A program made the position numbers and the translations under genes. This document shows, piece after piece, positions 39,711 to 43,463 of a stretch of 43,463 nucleotides of DNA. The notes beneath the pieces are model-generated. The model worked only from the letters and a program-made list of their open reading frames with translations, was not told where the DNA came from and searched no databases. Source of the stretch: Octopus sinensis (taxonomy: Eukaryota); assembly GCF_006345805.1 (NCBI RefSeq), contig NW_021835005.1:1-43463 (forward strand), written 5' to 3'. Numbering within the stretch: position 1 is the stretch's first letter; each line of letters starts with the position of its first letter.

Positions 39711-40122
39711 GGCGCAGGCGTGGCTGTGTGGTAAGTAGCTTGTTTACCAACCACATGATTCCGATTTCAGTCCCACTGCGTGGCACCTTGGGCAAGTGTC
39801 TTCTACTATAGCCTCGGGCCGACCAAAGCCTTGTGAGTGGATTTGGTAGACGGAAACTGAAAGAAACCCGTCGTATATATGTATATATATGTACGCGTGT
39901 CTGTTTGTGTGTCTGTGTTTGTCCCCCTAGCATTGCTTGACAACCGATGCTGGTGTGTTTATGTCCCTGTTACTTAGCGGTTCGGCAAAAGAGACCGATA
40001 GAATAAGTACTGAGCTTACAAAAGAATAAGTCCCGGGGTCGAGTTGCTCGATTAAAGGCGGTGCTCCAGCATGGCCGCAGTCAAATGACTGAAACAAGTA
40101 AAAGAGTAAAAGAGTAAAGAGA
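39711..40122 (+). mobile_element. SINE family A, full length
   Basis: tRNA-like head, internal TA/TG repeat, and (agtaaaag)n tail. Confidence 0.92.
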
Positions 40123-40370
40123 GTGTATGAATGTTCTGAAGATCCATTTTTATTTCCAAACTTCGAAACTGCAAGTGAGGACTAACCTTTTATTTTTTTT
40201 ATTTAAGTTTTGAATTTTATATGTCATGTCGCCTGCCGAGGGTGTTTATGGTTGAGGAAAAAGGATATGAGCATTTATAGTGGCTTTATGGAAGTTTTGA
40301 CTGCTATTTCTAGGCAAATAAGCGTTTTAAACCCTCTCCGTTTTAACTGCGATTTATTTACATTATTGAC

Positions 40371-40500
40371 CTCTACCAAATCCACTCACAAGATTTTCGT
40401 CGGCTTGAAGATATAGTAGAAGACACTTGCCCAAGGTGCCACGCAGTGGGACTGAACTTGGTACGATGTGGTTGGTAAACAAGCTACTTACCACACAGCC
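40371..40500 (-). mobile_element. SINE family A 5' fragment
   Basis: Reverse complement of the family A head. Confidence 0.85.
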
Positions 40501-40900
40501 GTGTTATATAAGCTCGGATAGGCTAGACCGTTATGAATGAGATTCATAACATATAGGCTACAGACAAAACTAAATCTTGATATTCTAATATTTTGAATAC
40601 GTTTAATAAATTTGCTTCGTGTATTTAAGCCAGAATGTTCTTAAATAATGTCCTGCTATTTAAAAAGTTTCGACTGAGGAGGTTTATACGCAAGCACGCT
40701 TACGTAACTTCTCAAACAACGAATATTAAATGCATTAACATACCAGAATATCAGGACTTGCTTTTGACTTTGTTCTGCGCACACTCATGTACACGTGTAT
40801 GTATCTCTGTACTTGAGTATATACATATACATATATATACATATATAAATATATATATATATATACAGACATACAGTCACACAGACAAACACACACACAC

Positions 40901-40936
<36 letters not shown>

Positions 40937-40948
40937 CACACCACACAT

Positions 40949-40994
<46 letters not shown>

Positions 40995-42473
40995 TTTATA
41001 TATATAGAGAGAGAGAAAAAGCGCGTGACAAAAGATCGAGTTCTAACACCTAGTTATTAGTATTACTATGACTAAGTGAAAAATTAATATATGTGTGTGT
41101 GTTTGTGTGTGTGTGCGTGTGCGTGCTTGCGTGCTTGCGTGCTCTAGCCTCTATACTTGCGCTCTGGTGTGTGTCGTCTATACTATGTAACTTGTCGTCA
41201 TAATTAATATTGAAAATAATTTAATTTTTCGATAATTTGATAATGTGTAGAATATAATTTCATTTCTTTTAAAACTGAAATTACTTTCTCTGACTTTTTA
41301 TTGATAAATTTCCTCAAATTCTACATAAGAATTAAAACGTAAGTGCAGCTAAGTCTGTTGAAATATATACAGTGAAAATTTCTTATAACTATACATAGAA
41401 TTCATTTAAATTTATAATTTAATTGAATTACCATGGCATGGTCGTCACATTCCTCAATACACATGGTTGCCAGCATAATTAACCTGAACTCTGTATTATA
41501 GTGAATTGGCGACACGACCGAAGAGCTTTGCTTTATTGATTCCATTGTTCGACTTCATTTCGCCCAAGACACTTTAAATAAATTTTAGCTCGCTGATTTA
41601 CATATTCTTCAACAAGCCATTAGTAATATCTGCAATTATTATCTCACAAATCATAGTTGGAGTCTAAATATATTAAAAATGTGACATACTAACTTCAACA
41701 CCGATATCACCAGTGACGTGAAGCCAACATAATAATATAAACACAGTGTAAAATAGCTACACATGGTTATGAATAATATATAGGTATTTTTAATGAAGAA
41801 CACTGTTTAACATAGGTCAGCAATATGTTAAAATTCTGAATGTGATATCTTATCTTTCTATTAATCTAGATAAACGCAATCAAGTTTAATACGTATAGTA
41901 AAATTGCTTTAAAATCTACTGCTATTATCGGAACATTGAATTTCTATGATGTAAAAATCAATTTAGATTTGAAGGTAAATTTATATTAAAAAACATAATT
42001 CGTTAAAAAGAATATACATAAATAACTAAAGAATTTGTGTTACAAGACAACACAAGGAGATGCTGCATTAGACCGTATTCATATTTCTATCGACAAATTT
42101 GATAATCGTAATATTTTAATTTGCATATCTATATATACATATATATATTACCGCATATCTCGAGTGAACGCTCTCAGATTGGCACATCATTTTCAAACCA
42201 CGTTCTCTTTCCAACAAAGAAACGAAAGACTCACATTAGTACAGTCCATCTACCTGTAATTACTTATAGAAACCAAACTGTTAAACATTCCTTCTGCACA
42301 CCTGTTCGTTAATCCTTCTGGACTTATGGGTTGTCAGATGAAATTTGTTTTTCTTCTATTTATTTTAATCCTTTCGAATGTTATCTGAATTATACCTAAA
42401 ACTATTTTTATCGTAGTGTTGTATGTTTTTTTGTAGCTCTATTCCCCCTCTACAACTTCTCTCTATTCTCTTA

Positions 42474-42690
42474 TTCCTTTATTCTTTTACGTGCTTCAGT
42501 CATTTGACTGCGGCGATGCTGGAGCACACTGCCTTGAGGGGTTGTAGTAGAAAAAATCGCCCCCGGGTCTTTTTTTTTAAAGCTAGTATTTATCAGTTTC
42601 TTTGGCTGAACTGCTATGTTACAGGGATGTAAACACACCAACACCGGTTGTCATGCGGTAATGGAGGACAAGCGCGGGCACAAAGACACA
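42474..42690 (-). mobile_element. SINE family A 3' half, diverged
   Basis: cagtcatttgactgcggcgatgctggagcac...gtaaacacaccaacaccggttgtc. Confidence 0.8.
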
Positions 42691-42720
42691 CACACATCCA
42701 TTCATACATACATAATACAT

Positions 42721-42798
<78 letters not shown>

Positions 42799-42874
42799 TA
42801 TAATATATATTTATATACATATTATTTACATTTGAAGGATATTTGTCCTCATCTTTGTTGTTAACATCGTTTCT

Positions 42875-43231
42875 GCTTGAGAGGCGGTTGGATGGAACCT
42901 ACACTCGCCTCCTTATGAGAGCTCAAAATCTCTCGTGGAGGCGCCATCCAACCAAACTGCAAATATATGGGAAACTACCACCTGTGTCATCTCTTGTGAA
43001 AGGTAGGAGAGTCCAGTTTGCTGGACATTGTTGTAGAGCTGAAAAAGAAGTAATTTCTACTCTTCTCCTCTGGAAGCCATCTACTCGCAACACCAGAGGG
43101 CGCACACTCTCCTACTCTGATGTAATCTCCAGGGATACAGGCATCCAGCAACAGGACCTCCGTAATGCCATGATGGACCGTGAAGTCTCGACTACGGTCT
43201 CGACTACGGTCGAACAATGATGACGATGATG
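42875..43231 (+). mobile_element. RTE-type LINE 3' end, 5'-truncated
   Basis: LDGTYTRLLMRAQNLSW...RRVQFAGHCCR...LLLW...RGR...DTG...AMMDRE is a typical RTE C-terminus, followed by a tgatgacgatgat tail. Confidence 0.82.
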
Positions 43232-43239
43232 TAGGTGTG

Positions 43240-43296
<57 letters not shown>

Positions 43297-43463
43297 GCGT
43301 GCGCCCACAAGTATTGTTATTAATCTGTGCGTCTATATGTCTTTGCATTGACTTAAACGTATGAATGTGCGCATCTGTTTGTCTGTGCGTCTCGCACGTC
43401 AATCTCTCTGTTCCTGTGCGTCAATTTCTAACTGTTAAAATCTCTCAATACAGCAAAACTCTG

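Overview
AT-rich, microsatellite-saturated, non-coding eukaryotic DNA. The SINE families and repeat content look cephalopod, most likely octopus (inference from recall, not a search). No host gene exon could be supported, and almost all ORF-track hits are translations of simple repeats or SINEs. The window is a mosaic of retroelements: four tRNA-headed SINE families (about 20 copies), three Dong/R4-like restriction-endonuclease LINE fragments, an RTE-type LINE 3' end, a Tc1/mariner MITE, and a Naiad-type Penelope-like element (PLE) with a GIY-YIG endonuclease and an inverted pseudo-LTR (pLTR). The main hidden signal is a set of type I hammerhead ribozyme (HHR) motifs in PLE-like islands beside (TA)n tracts. 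One is fully canonical (5456-5517) and has a paralogue with a compensatory stem II change (17400-17461). One has a U3-A8 core (19961-19998). One lies in the Naiad inverted arm, and the sense arm lacks it through a deletion ending at about the predicted cleavage site. A second signal is a SINE family forming tandem 184-bp modules with the same junction at independent loci.
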